A stretch of 64,000 nt of DNA from Octopus bimaculoides (GCF_001194135.2 NC_069000.1:6828796-6892795); one strand, 5' to 3'; shown: positions 1 through 49,719, counted from the stretch's first letter. Program-made: numbers and translations. Notes: a model not told the origin generated them from the letters alone.

Positions 1-1184
1 ACCTAGCTTCTCCTTGCCTCAAGGTCTTTGGTTTCAGACCTTTTAAGGTCTAGCCACTGACCACACGAGACAGCCAATTCCAGCGACAACACCACAGCAG
101 TCATGTTGAGACTTACTAACTTCGTCCAACAGCATTACAGCAACCTCCGTCTTTGTCGCCACCATCATCTTCTCAACATCGTCGACATCATCTCTACGTA
201 CACAACCCAAGAGAAATAACCCATAGCATCTGCACAATATTTTTTTAAACACTCAAGGGAAAAAACCCATTTCATTGTTTATGTTCAATTACTTTGAATA
301 TTGATTTTTTGTGTGTTCAATTTCTAATTTTTGCAGACAATATCACTTTGACACGTGAGTAGAACTCCTGTCTGGAAACCTCGTGACATACTTATATTGT
401 TGATAAAAATCGATAATAGGGTCCCTCCAATGGATCCTTCTATCTACTACATATTACTAATATTTTATTTAAACAACCCAAGGGAAATAACCCATACCAC
501 CTGCAGTTTTTAACGAAGCGATCAATATTTGATTCTCATGATCAACAGACCTAATTCTGCATTTTGCTACTCAGAGTTTTGAACTGCTAAACATTATTAT
601 TGCACTTTCTTCAAACATTTCATTCATATATTTATATAACCTCTCTCACAAACCTCCAACAATCTTTCTTGCCAACCTCTCTCTCCAACCTCCAACAATC
701 TCTTCCTCCTCCAACTGACAGTTTTTTGTACTTTTTCGTGATAAATTAAATACCAGTGAAACACTGGGGGCAATGTAATCAACTAGCTTCCTCCTCCCAA
801 ATTTCAGGCCTTGTGCCTTTAGTAGAAAGGATTATCATTATCATATCATCATCATTTAATGTCCACTGTTTCCATGCTTTCAAGAGTCAAACAGAATTTG
901 TTGGGGCAGATTTTCTACGGCAGGATACTCCTCCTGTTGCCAAGCTTCACCTGTTTCCAAGCAAGATGTAAATTTCATAGTATCATCCAGTGTTGAAAGG
1001 TTATGACATCAGGGTTTGTTTCGGTGCATTAGATGTTAGCAGCCACCAAATACATCACAGGAGATTGAGCAGACAGTTCAAAAACACGAGAGGTTGGTCA
1101 AATAAAGTAACAACTCCAGAAAGTTCTACTAAGGCCATGTGATTAACAATAAAAAATTAGACTTCACTGAAATATTTAAACAGT

Positions 1185-1810
1185 GCTTACTGTTTGTTCA
1201 ATGTCAGTTGTTTTATTTAGCAGTTACTGTTTGCATAACTCTGTTTATTCAATGCATACTATTTGTTCACTGTTACTGTTGGTCTAGTCAAAGCATACTA
1301 TTTGTTCAGTGTTTACTGCTTATTTAATGTTTGTTCAATGTTTACTATTTGGTGGTTACAGTTTGTTCAATGTTTACCTTTCATTTAATATTTGCTGTTT
1401 GTTCAATGTTTACCATCTGTTTAATATTTGCCAGTTTAATTGTTGTTTATACAATGTTTATTGCAGTTCAATGTTTATTGTTGTTCAATGCTCAGTATTC
1501 ATTCATTTTTTACTGTTTGTTCAGGGTTTACTATCTAATCAATGTTTATAGTTTGTTCTATGTCCAGTGTTTAATAAATGTCTTATGATTGTTCAATATC
1601 TATTGATCTTAAATATTTACTGTCTCCAGTGTTGATTGCTGTTCAATGTTTATTATTATTTGATGTTTTTTGTTCATTCAATGTTTACTATTTGTTTGTT
1701 AAGCACTTACTGTTTGTCAATGTTTACTCTTTGATGTTCGCCATTACTCAGTGTTTGCTATTTCTTCATTGTTCACTGTCCATTCAAATATTTACTCGTT
1801 AACATTTATT
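1185..1810 (+). repeat. Degenerate minisatellite with core TGTTTGTTCAATGTTTAC
   Basis: Repeated tgttcaatgttta(c/t) units with irregular spacing. Confidence 0.8.
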
Positions 1811-2120
1811 CTGTGTTTTCCTGTTTGGGCAGGAACTACCCACCCAACCACGCATCTGAATTACTTTTAACAAGCTGTTATCTCCCTTTAAATTTTGAAT
1901 TCAAAGGGAAACCAGCCAGTCACCAGATCACAACCCACTGGTCATCGTCATTTAATGTCTGTTTTCCATGTTAGCATGAGTTGGCTGGTTTAACTGGATC
2001 CAGAGGGCTGCAGGGCTGCATCAAGCTCCAATGTTGAACTCCAATGTCAGCTTTAGCATTGTTCCTGTAGCTAGATAACCTCCCAAAAACCAATGTAAAC
2101 TACTTGCCTTTCGTTTAGAC

Positions 2121-2451
2121 CAGTGGTTCTTAATTGGGATCCATATAAGATTTGGTGGTGGGGGGTACGCAACAAAGTAGTAAATTGGGGATCCAAAATG
2201 GTATTTTAAGGGACCCAGAAAATATTTTGCTTCAGATGTATGCATTGCAAGAAACAGCTGCTTTCTTTCTCTAACATTTTACATAGTTCAAACTACACAA
2301 GTGAATGTGCGAGAAACAAAATAGGAATTTCGAAAGAACTTTTTATAAAGCTAGTATATAAATATCGAATGGCTATGGGGGTCCACCAGAATAAAATAGT
2401 AATCAAAGGGGTCCATAGGTAAAAAGAAAAAAAAATAGTTGAAAATTCTTG
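2121..2451. mobile_element. hAT (Charlie-like) MITE
   Basis: Starts CAGTGGTTCTTAA, decayed right end TTGAAAATTCTTG; flanking 8-mers gtttagac and atctagac fit the NTCTAGAN target; repeated GGG(G/A)TCC subterminal motifs. Confidence 0.55.
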
Positions 2452-3236
2452 ATCTAGACAATGGGGTCGCTAAAGTAAAATATTACCCCAGTGCTGCCCA
2501 ATTTGCCTCTTTTTTTCTTTTTTACTCACTTTCCGGTGCCCATCCCATCGGTAGGATATAACTAAAGCTATTCCACCCCGTTAGAAATAGTTATACGTTG
2601 TTATTTCCCTCTGGGTCATCCCTGATTGAGCTATAAAGGTATTCCTGTCATGACCGTTCACTTAATTCCCCCGCACCGAAGGCTGCAACTGCATTGCCCA
2701 TTGTCCTTGCTTTTAAAAGATGATCGGGTGTGAAATGAAGGGATGTCTTGCTGCTATTTCTAACATGTCGATCGACCATACAGATTCGACAGTGTAGAGG
2801 CTGGATCATAGGGTCGTAATTCTGTATACGGAGTCGTTTCTAGCCACAATGTGAAGCTTTGGTCCTATGGCTAGCATTTAGGATCGAACCGTCTACTTTC
2901 ACAATGCAGAATTCCAACACAGAGACAGAGAAGAAGAGGTAAAGAGAGAGGAAGCGGGGTAGAAGAAAGTGTGATAATAGTTTGTCTTCTGTGTTTGATC
3001 GACCTTTCACAAACGTGCTCACACACAACTACATAGAACAGATAGCAGGGCTGCTCTTTAATGTTTGATCGGCCTATACACACACATATATATATGTACT
3101 TACATAAGTACATATAGTTGTATAAACACACACACACATGTAGGCGAGTCCAACTCATCAGCAGCAGCAGCGGCAGTAGCACAGCCTCTTTCTGAGATAT
3201 CGGCCGAGCCTCTTTTTCACATGAGACAGGAGGAAA

Positions 3237-40168
<36,932 letters not shown>

Positions 40169-40508
40169 GACTGGGTTTTTTTTTTTNNNNNNNNNNNNNN
40201 NNNNNNNNNNNNNNNNNNNNNNNNNNNNNNNNNNNNNNNNNNNNNNNNNNNNNNNNNNNNNNNNNNNNNNNNNNNNNNNNNNNNNNNNNNNNNNNNNNNN
40301 NNNNNNNNNNNNNNNNNNNNNNNNNNNNNNNNNNNNNNNNNNNNNNNNNNNNNNNNNNNNNNNNNNNNNNNNNNNNNNNNNNNNNAAAAAAAAAAAAAAA
40401 AAAAAAAAATAACAAACAAAACAAATGAGAAACAATAACAACTATTGTCTTTTTTTTTTGTTTGTTTCTCTGAAAACCTTGTTTTCTTTTTTTTTAATTT
40501 TATTTTAA

Positions 40509-40514
40509 AATAAA
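40509..40514 (+). terminator. Candidate USP polyadenylation signal (AATAAA); alternatives at 43481-43486 and 43492-43497
   Basis: Hexamer match only, in very AT-rich sequence. Confidence 0.25.
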
Positions 40515-42190
40515 GAAAAAAAAGATTTTTTAAAATATTCAATGTAGTAATATAGACGAACTGTTTATTTTGTAGTTATGTTTTTGTTTTGTACACTGAA
40601 CTGGGCAAGACTGTGTTGGTAATGACGGTACTCTCTCTTTCTCTCTCTCTCTCTCGTTGTGCATTGGCCTTGCCCTCTTTTTCACCCACATTATACATAC
40701 ATACATATATATACATCCGTGTGTGTGTGTGTAATATCTTCTCTTCTGTTTGTTATAGTCTGCAGTGCTAACCCACTGTGGTGATTGATTTTTGTCTAGT
40801 ACCGTTCAAGGTGCTGCTTGGTTGATCGGTGATGAATATTCAATAATTTATTCATTGTTTAACTACGAACCATAATTTCCTTGTTTTCCTCATCAATATT
40901 ATTATTATTATTACTACTACTCTTCAAAAACTGCTCATTCCATGCTCTTCTCAGGCAAATTTCTTTATTGAAAAAAATGAAAACCTACAAACTGTCTGCT
41001 CCCATCCTGTCCCACCACACTCTCCTCTCACCTTACCTTTGTCTTTCCCCCTTCTCTCTCTCTCTCTCTCTCTCTTGCCTCACTTTTATTTTTGTAATTT
41101 GTGAAAAGCTAAACATTTCGTTTTTCCTGCTTCATTTGACGACAGATTTCCCCCTCCTCCCCCCCTTCCTCAGATTTTTTTTTCTTTTTCTACAACTGTC
41201 AAGTGTGAGAGAAATAACAACAAAAACAGCAACAGCAACAAAGATTTAATTAGATTAATTGTTAATCTCAGCTTTATATAAGACTCTAAAATACATTCAG
41301 CACTTAGACACACAGACAGGTAAAAACTAACCTTTCTNNNNNNNNNNNNNNNNNNNNNNNNNNNNNNNNNNNNNNNNNNNNNNNNNNNNNNNNNNNNNNN
41401 NNNNNNNNNNNNNNNNNNNNNNNNNNNNNNNNNNNNNNNNNNNNNNNNNNNNNNNNNNNNNNNNNNNNNNNNNNNNNNNNNNNNNNNNNNNNNNNNNNNN
41501 NNNNNNNNNNNNNNNNNNNNNNNNNNNNNNNNNNNNNNNNNNNNNNNNNNNNNNNNNNNNNNNNNNNNNNNNNNNNNNNNNNNNNNNNNNNNNNNNNNNN
41601 NNNNNNNNNNNNNNNNNNNNNNNNNNNNNNNNNNNNNNNNNNNNNNNNNNNNNNNNNNNNNNNNNNNNNNNNNNNNNNNNNNNNNNNNNNNNNNNNNNNN
41701 NNNNNNNNNNNNNNNNNNNNNNNNNNNNNNNNNNNNNNNNNNNNNNNNNNNNNNNNNNNNNNNNNNNNNNNNNNNNNNNNNNNNNNNNNNNNNNNNNNNN
41801 NNNNNNNNNNNNNNNNNNNNNNNNNNNNNNNNNNNNNNNNNNNNNNNNNNNNNNNNNNNNNNNNNNNNNNNNNNNNNNNNNNNNNNNNNNNNNNNNNNNN
41901 NNNNNNNNNNNNNNNNNNNNNNNNNAAAAACAATTAAAAAAAAATGTTTTTATTTCTTGGGCAAATTATTTATTTTCAAAAAGAAAATCGAAATTAAAAA
42001 ATGTTAAAAAGATTTAGTTGTGAAAAATGCTCTATTTTTCTAATAATTTAAGATTTTTTTTTTTTATCATCCTGTTAAGGCCTCTCTATTTAAATCGAGC
42101 TTCTCTTTAGAATCTAGTGGAATTTTGAAAGAAATCAATGCAATGTAATGGGACGTTTTTGTTTTTTTCTTTAATTACTATTATTATTAA

Positions 42191-43350
42191 GGCAGCAAGC
42201 TGGCAGAGTCGTTAGCATGCCAGGTGAAATGCTTAATGACATTTTGTCCGTCTTTATGTTCTGAGCTCAAATTCCACCGAGGTCAACTCAGCCTTTCATC
42301 CTTTCGGGGTTGATAAAATAAGTACCAGTTGTACACTGGGGTTGATGTAATTGACTTGCCTCCTCCCCCAAACTTGCTGGCCTTGTGCCAAAATTTGAAA
42401 CCATTATTATTATTATTATTATTATTAAAATGGCAAGCTGGCAAACTCATTAGTAGGCCAGATGATATACTCAGTGGCTTGATATTCAGAGTTCAAATCC
42501 TGCAGGGCCAACTTTGCCTTTCATCCTTTCGGGGTTGATGCAATAAGTACCAGTTGAGTACTGGGATCGATGTAATCGACTTTCCCTCCTCTTAAAATTG
42601 CTGGCCTTGTTCCTTTATTAGAATTATTATTGTTGAAATGGTGAGCTGGCAGAATCCGTTGCACATCAAAATGCTTAGCAGTGTTTTCTTCTGATTCTCT
42701 ACGTTCTGAGTTCAAATTCTGCCAAGATAAACTTTGCCTTTCATCCTTTTCGAGATTGATAAAATAAAGTACCAGTCAAATAAGGAAGTCAATAAAACCA
42801 ACTCACCCCATCCCCTCAAACTTGCTGACATTTGTTCCAAAAAATTAACATTATTTATTATTGTCATCATCATTATTATTATATAAGGTGGGGAGCTGGC
42901 AGAATCGTTAGCACGCTGGACGAAATGCTTAGCGGTATTTCATCTGTCGTTACGTTCTGAGTTCAAAATTCTGCCCAGGTCAACTTTGCCTTTCATCCTT
43001 TCGGGGTTGATAAATTAAGTACCAGTTAACCACTGAGGTCAATGTAATCGACTAGTCCCCTCCCTACAAATTTCAGGCCTTGTGCCTATAGTAGAAAGGA
43101 TTATTATTATTATTATTATTATAGGCAGCAAGTTGGCAGAATCAGTAGCATGCTGGACAAAATGCTTAGCAGTATTTCATCCATCTTTACATTCTGAGTT
43201 CAAATTCTGCCAAAGTCGACTTTGCCTTTCATTGTTTCAGGTCAATAAAATAAGTACCAGTTGAGCACTGGGGTCGATAAAATTGACTATCCCTCTCCCC
43301 TGCAAATTTCAGGCCTTCTGCCTATAGTGGTAAGGATTATTATTATTATT
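42191..43350 (+). mobile_element. Five head-to-tail copies of tRNA-derived SINE family B with (ATT)n tails
   Basis: Each unit: agctggcagaatc..gagttcaaatt (B box)..ctttgcctttcatcctttcggggt..aagtaccagtt..ggccttgtg..(att)n; units start near 42191, 42427, 42636, 42886, 43123. Confidence 0.92.
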
Positions 43351-44140
43351 TTTTTAATTTTGGCAGGTATAAATGTAAAAAAAAACAAATCTCAAATCTA
43401 ATTCCAGCTTGTCTTTTACTAGTTGTTATATATATTTCAATGTGATTGATTTATTGATGTCGTTTACAGCTTAATGAATTAATAAAATTGAAATAAAAGA
43501 GGATTCAACAAATGACCAAAATACTTTTTAATTTCAGTTGTTCATTATAATGAATCACCTAATGAGATTTAATAGAATTGGTTAATTAATAAAAGCAATT
43601 ATAAGTATTAACTTTCAGGAAAGGGGCAGGGAACAAAACTGGGATTTTTTGTTTTTTTTTAACTTATCTTTTTACTTGTTTTTAGTCACTGGATTGCAAC
43701 CATGCTGGGCACTGCCTTGAGTTTACTCAAATTGACCCCAGGACTTTTTTTTTTTGATGTCTGGTACTTAGTCCCTTGGTCACTTTTGCTGGACAGCTAA
43801 GTTACAGGGATGTAAATAATTAACAGCTGGGGGGTGGGGGGACAAACACGTATATACAATGGGCTTCCAGTTTACATCTACCAAATTCACTCACAAGGCA
43901 TCAGTCACCCCAGAGCTATGGATGACACTTGCCCCAGGGGCTGTGCAGTGGAACTGAACCTGGGACCACTTGATTACTATTTTTTCTTTCCATTTAAAAA
44001 AAAAGACTTGGAACTTTTCAAGATTGTCTTGTCAAAGCTAAAAAGAAATAGGTAGATACATATTTAACACCCTCCCACTCTTCTGTCTATCAAGTAGCTA
44101 TGTACTGTGTTGTATTTGCTTTTCAAGTGGATATATATAT

Positions 44141-44612
44141 ATCATTTAACATCTGCTTTCCATGCTGGCATGGGTTAGACAGTTTGCCAGGAGCTGCTTA
44201 GGTTCCAGTTTATTTTGCCATGATTTCTACAGTTGGATGCCCTTCTTAATAATGCCAACCACTTCACAAAGTGTACTGGGTGCTTTTACGGCACAAGTGC
44301 TTTTACTTGACACTGCCATGGGTGCTTTTATGTGGCACTAACGCAAATGCTTTTACCTGACATCAGCACCCGCAAGCCCTGAAAAGAAGGACCTCTTGCC
44401 TGAGAGAGGGATATAGAGGACATACCTGTATGTATGGACAGCCACAGTTTTATTGAGCTTGACATGTCTTCCCAAGCATAGCATGCCACCAAATGTCTTG
44501 CTCTCCTGTCACCTCCACTGTGAGGCCCAACACATGAAGGTCCTTTCTCACCACTTTGTCCCATGTCTTCCTGAGTCTACCTCCTTCCTCAAGTTTCCTT
44601 CACAATTAAAGA
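44141..44612 (-). mobile_element. RTE LINE 3' end (ORF C-terminus, 3' UTR and TGA/GAT tail)
   Basis: Minus strand GRLRKTWDKVVRKDLHVLGLTVEVTGEQDIWWHAMLGKTCQ, then the 3' UTR ending ccatgccagcatggaaagcagatgttaaatga. Confidence 0.85.
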
Positions 44613-47426
44613 TCAGGAATTCTTTATTTTATTTAGATATATATGTGTGTGTGTGTGTATCATGTATGTATTAATAAAAAAAAGTACAGTGAACTTAGCA
44701 GGGGGAGGGGAAAATCTGTTTTGGACAGTCTTTCATTAGAGGAAAATGATAGTTTTGCGATCTATAAGTTTGCCAATTAAAGCTAGTTTTTCCAACTTAG
44801 AGAATGTACGACTCTGGTTTCTCTCCTTAATTTCTCTCCTTTCATCCTTTCAACTTTTTCCTGAACAAGGAACTGTCCAAAACACTGGATTTCATTTTCC
44901 GTTTCCCACAGCCAGTTTGTTGTACTCTTTTGATTGATTTTACTAAATAATACAAATTTTGCCGACATTGGTTTCTTTGGAGTCTGATCATATATGTACA
45001 CTCACATATATACGTCTGTGCTTGTGTGACTTTATACACAGGAAATATATAAAGTTATGTTTTAAGTCAAAGCTTGCACAGTTAAATTTTGTAGTTTATC
45101 CTTTCATTAAGAAAATAAAGTGGCACTCAAGAAAAAATTAGCTACAGCCCCCACCTAGCAATAATTGTGGCCTTGTGCATTTGTAAGTAGGGATTATTAT
45201 TATTAAGGCAGCAAGCTCGTGAATCATTGGCACCCTGGGCAAAATGCTTACCGGTATTTTGTCCTTATGTTCTGAGTTCAAATTCCGCCGTGGCTGACTT
45301 TGCCTTTCATCCATTCAGGGTCGATAAAATAAGTACCAGTTGAAGACTGGGGCCGATGTAATTGATTTGTCCCCTCCCCCCAAATGACTGCCCTTGTGGC
45401 CAAATTTGAAACCATTGTTATTATTAAGGTGGTGAGCTGGCAGACTTAGCACGCTGGGTGAAATGCTGGTAGAATTGTTAGCAACTCAGATGAAATACTT
45501 GGCACCACTTCCTGCTCTTAACACTCTGGGTTCAAATTCTGCCAAGATAAGTTTTGCCTTTCATCTTTATGGGGTCTATAAAAATAAAGTATGTACCAGT
45601 TAAGTACTGGAGTCAGTGTAATCAACTCGCTCCCTCTTCTCAAAATGACCTGCCTTGTATCAAAAGGAGAATCATTGCTGTTATTACTACTACTACTTCT
45701 AGTACAACTGGGGATTCACTTTACATTTAATGTTCCCTGTGTTGATAAATTGAAGCACCAACTAAGAATTACTGCAGTTTATATATAGAGTTAAACAGTT
45801 TTTCCTTTCTAAAACTGACCTTCTAACTTATTGGTACTCCCACTATTGTGCTTATGAAACAATTTGTCTTTGATCTCTGAAGATCAAATCTTAATTCATT
45901 GTGTAACACCACCTGTTTGACATTGAACTCTTCCTAACTCTGTTCTTTGAGACTCTTGAAGAAGTCATTGATGAGAACCGAGGAGGGGCTTAGGGTGTCA
46001 CCTGTTGCTGTATCCAAATCTGAACAATTTTGACATGTAACTTGAATCTTGAAACAGAATTGTTGGTCCATGCAATGTTTGAAGAGAAGAAATGAAATTT
46101 TAAAATAAAATATTGGGCTGTCAGATAAATTCATTCGTTTTTGTTTGTTTTTTGGTTTTGCATTTTTTTTTTTTTTACTTGGCACTCCATTTATGCCTGA
46201 AAATAGGTAAAATTTATTCAAATTAAAAAAAAAAGAAACAAAAGTTGTACAGGAAGATTACAGATACAAAACTAAAACAACAAAAAATACGATAAAAATA
46301 CTTTTTGTGTTAATTTAAATTGTTAATTAACCCTTTACTATTTAAATTGGTCACATCAGCCCAAATATTCTCCCAGTTTTATATTCAAACTGCCCAGATC
46401 TAGCCTATTGCACCTACCCTACAATGTCATTCTAAAAATAATCAGTCACATCAAAATTTTGAGGCTACAAGCTATTGCGATTAATTCCAAACAACGTGAA
46501 TAAATGCGTATTGCATTTGACAGAACAATAATGCTGAAAGGTTAAAATAAATGGGGAAAAAAATGGACAAATTTATCTGACGAGCCAATGTAAACAAGCT
46601 TTAACTAAACACCAATCAGATTCCCTTTTTTTTTTCTGGTTCTGTCTTTCTATGGCAATCTTTTTTTTTTTTTATCATGAACTCTGTTGAATGATACCAA
46701 CTCTTCAAAATATATATTCACNNNNNNNNNNNNNNNNNNNNNNNNNNNNNNNNNNNNNNNNNNNNNNNNNNNNNNNNNNNNNNNNNNNNNNNNNNNNNNN
46801 NNNNNNNNNNNNNNNNNNNNNNNNNNNNNNNNNNNNNNNNNNNNNNNNNNNNNNNNNNNNNNNNNNNNNNNNNNNNNNNNNNNNNNNNNNNNNNNNNNNN
46901 NNNNNNNNNNNNNNNNNNNNNNNNNNNNNNNNNNNNNNNNNNNNNNNNNNNNNNNNNNNNNNNNNNNNNNNNNNNNNNNNNNNNNNNNNNNNNNNNNNNN
47001 NNNNNNNNNNNNNNNNNNNNNNNNNNNNNNNNNNNNNNNNNNNNNNNNNNNNNNNNNNNNNNNNNNNNNNNNNNNNNNNNNNNNNNNNNNNNNNNNNNNN
47101 NNNNNNNNNNNNNNNNNNNNNNNNNNNNNNNNNNNNNNNNNNNNNNNNNNNNNNNNNNNNNNNNNNNNNNNNNNNNNNNNNNNNNNNNNNNNNNNNNNNN
47201 NNNNNNNNNNNNNNNNNNNNNNNNNNNNNNNNNNNNNNNNNNNNNNNNNNNNNNNNNNNNNNNNNNNNNNNNNNNNNNNNNNNNNNNNNNNNNNNNNNNN
47301 NNNNNNNNNNNNNNNNNNNNNNNNNNNNNNNNNNNNNNNNNNNNNNNNNNNNNNNNNNNNNNNNNNNNNNNNNNNNNNNNNNNNNNNNNNNNNNNNNNNN
47401 NNNNNNNNNNNNNNNNNNNNNNNNNN

Positions 47427-47625
47427 GTGGCCGTTTTCGTGCGGGTGACACGTAAAAGCACCCACTACACTCTCTGAGTGGTTGGCGTTAGGAAGGGCAT
47501 CCAGCTGTAGAAACTCTGCCAAATCAGACTGGAGCCTGGTGTTGCCATCCGGTTTCACCAGTCCTCAGTCAAATCGTCCAACCCATGCTAGCATGGAAAG
47601 CGGACGTTAAACGATGATGATCATG
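47427..47625 (+). mobile_element. Young RTE-type 3' tail fragment ending in (GAT)n
   Basis: Near-identical to the reverse complements of 16413-16575 and 56511-56610 and to 50104-50195; older copies at about 18810-19000, 19600-19780, 34041-34330, 36820-36985, 61330-61470. Confidence 0.85.
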
Positions 47626-47629
47626 ATGA

Positions 47630-48240
47630 TGAAGGTGGTATCAAAAGGTTCTCAGATTAGTTATATTTAGTAAAGAAACAACTTATTTACCTAAGTTTTA
47701 GCATTACCTCTTTTGAAATAGTCACCTTGTGCAACAATACACTGGTCCCAGTGTTCCTACCACTTGGAATCCGGCCTGGAAGTCATTTTCCGTAAGCGAG
47801 TCAAGGACTTGACATTGGTGTTAAAACTGACCTTTTGAGCTTTCCTCTTTGTGAAAAGATGGACGTCTGCTGGTGCTAAATCTGGTGGATGTGGAAGTGA
47901 TGCCATGTAGCTTTTAGCAAGAAACTCATGAGCGAGGAGAGCTTGGTGAAGGATCTAATTCTTCACGCTCCACTGATCCAATCACTTTTGCTAAATGTCT
48001 TCCCTCAAACACTTGAAAATGTTGCAGTAGAACTCTTGATTGATGGTCTGGCCTAGAGGATGAATTCTTGATGCACAACACCACATTTCCAGGGGTGATG
48101 CATGTGGCAGGTTTTCCAGATTGCTCAACTTCTTTCAGAGATGTTCTTCAACTTTTGAAGCACCTGTGTAAGGCCCATTGCCCCATCAACATAAGCTCGC
48201 TGGAGTGTGCTCAATGTCTCTGTAGCAGACTTTATTTGCA
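47630..48240 (-). mobile_element. Internally deleted mariner (Tc1/mariner) transposon remnant
   Basis: Minus-strand pieces KSATETLSTLQRAYVDGAMG, GVVHQEFIL*..TINQEFYCNIFKCLREDI, EFLAKSYMASLPHPPDLAPADVHLF, W*EHWDQCIVAQGDYFK; mariner-type end gaaggtggtatcaaaaggttc. Confidence 0.85.
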
Positions 48241-48736
48241 ACAGGTCCCATTCAAGTAGAGGAGATAACTAATATGTAAGCTCTGCCAAGAGTACTTCAC
48301 AAATAACTGACAAATATAATAACAAACAAACCCAATGCTGAAATAAAAACCAGGTAAATAGGTTACACACTTTCATGAAAAACTTAGGTAGAAATAGAAA
48401 TACATACCACAATAACAATAATATAGACGCATCTAGCAATATCGAGTGGTATACAACCCCCTTCAGAAAACAAATAATTTCCAATATACCTAAATTATTC
48501 TATTCAGCATTGATTGACTAAACATTTTCCAAAAGACAGTAAGTACTATAGAATAGTTAATAAACATAGAATTAGAGTGGCTTTTTCTAGCCACTCACAA
48601 GGCTTTGGTCAACCTGAGGCTATAGTAGAAGACACTTACCCAAGGTGCTAAGCAGCAGGACTGAACCCAGAACCATGTGATTGGGAAGCAAACTTCTTAT
48701 CACAAAGCTACATCTGCTCCTATATACACCTACATA

Positions 48737-48958
48737 TTCAAGGGGGTAATGAAAAGCTCCTGGCTTTGGGTAAAGGAAAATACAGAAGGATTAGTTAATT
48801 GTGATTTTATTCAACATATTCCCCTCTCAGATCCCCTAACTTATTGCAGCAGCCCTTCAGTTTTTCTAAGCCCTGAAAAAAGACCTTAGAAGTTTGGGCC
48901 TTCAACTAGGCCTTTTGCGATACCCTTAGAGCCAGGAACTTTTCTGCACCCCCTCGTA
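48737..48958. mobile_element. Mariner-derived MITE
   Basis: Imperfect 29-bp TIRs: ttcaagggggtaatgaaaagctcctggct and agccaggaacttttctgcaccccctcgta. Confidence 0.75.
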
Positions 48959-48960
48959 CA

Positions 48961-49005
<45 letters not shown>

Positions 49006-49200
49006 GCATTTATATTAATCACACACATACATATAGGCATATATAAGCATGTATGTGTACCCCCCCACACACACACATCATACAATACAATATATTCTTT
49101 TATTCTTTTAGCATAATCAGGCACATAAATGTGGCCATACTGCAGCATTGCTTAGCATAACATAACACAACATAACACAATATAAAAACATGACACTACA

Positions 49201-49246
<46 letters not shown>

Positions 49247-49719
49247 ATGATGATATATATACATATATATATATATATAGTACAGTACAATACAATATAA
49301 CAAGAGAATAAACATCTTCACATCATTTCCTTGCCTTGTGCCATGTGTTGTTTCTCCACCAGATTTACTCCTATTACACATGTAAAACGAACATTATTGA
49401 TTTTTTTCTCTCAGTTAGTCAGCTTATGTGACCTCCACACTTTCTGCAAACCTGCCACGTAAAATACACGCACACACACAACCATACACACACACACATG
49501 CATATATATATTCATGTATGCATGTATGTGTGTGTGTGTGTGTGTGTATATATAAAGATATAGATACATCAATACCTTCTTGACGTATTTCTTTGTTACG
49601 TCTCCAGGAATATGGCAGAACGTAGGAAGAAGCAGTAAGTAAAAGCAACTTGGGTTCAATTTTTTCTTTCTTTCACCTCACACACACACATAGAAAAATA
49701 CATACAGATATACACACAC

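Noticed and set aside
2881-2890. B-box-like GGTTCGATCC on the minus strand near the promoter
   Set aside because: No A box or cloverleaf upstream; an isolated 10-mer is not enough evidence
42191-43350. CRISPR-like or satellite array
   Set aside because: Eukaryotic SINE units of about 230 bp with diverged sequences; no repeat-spacer structure
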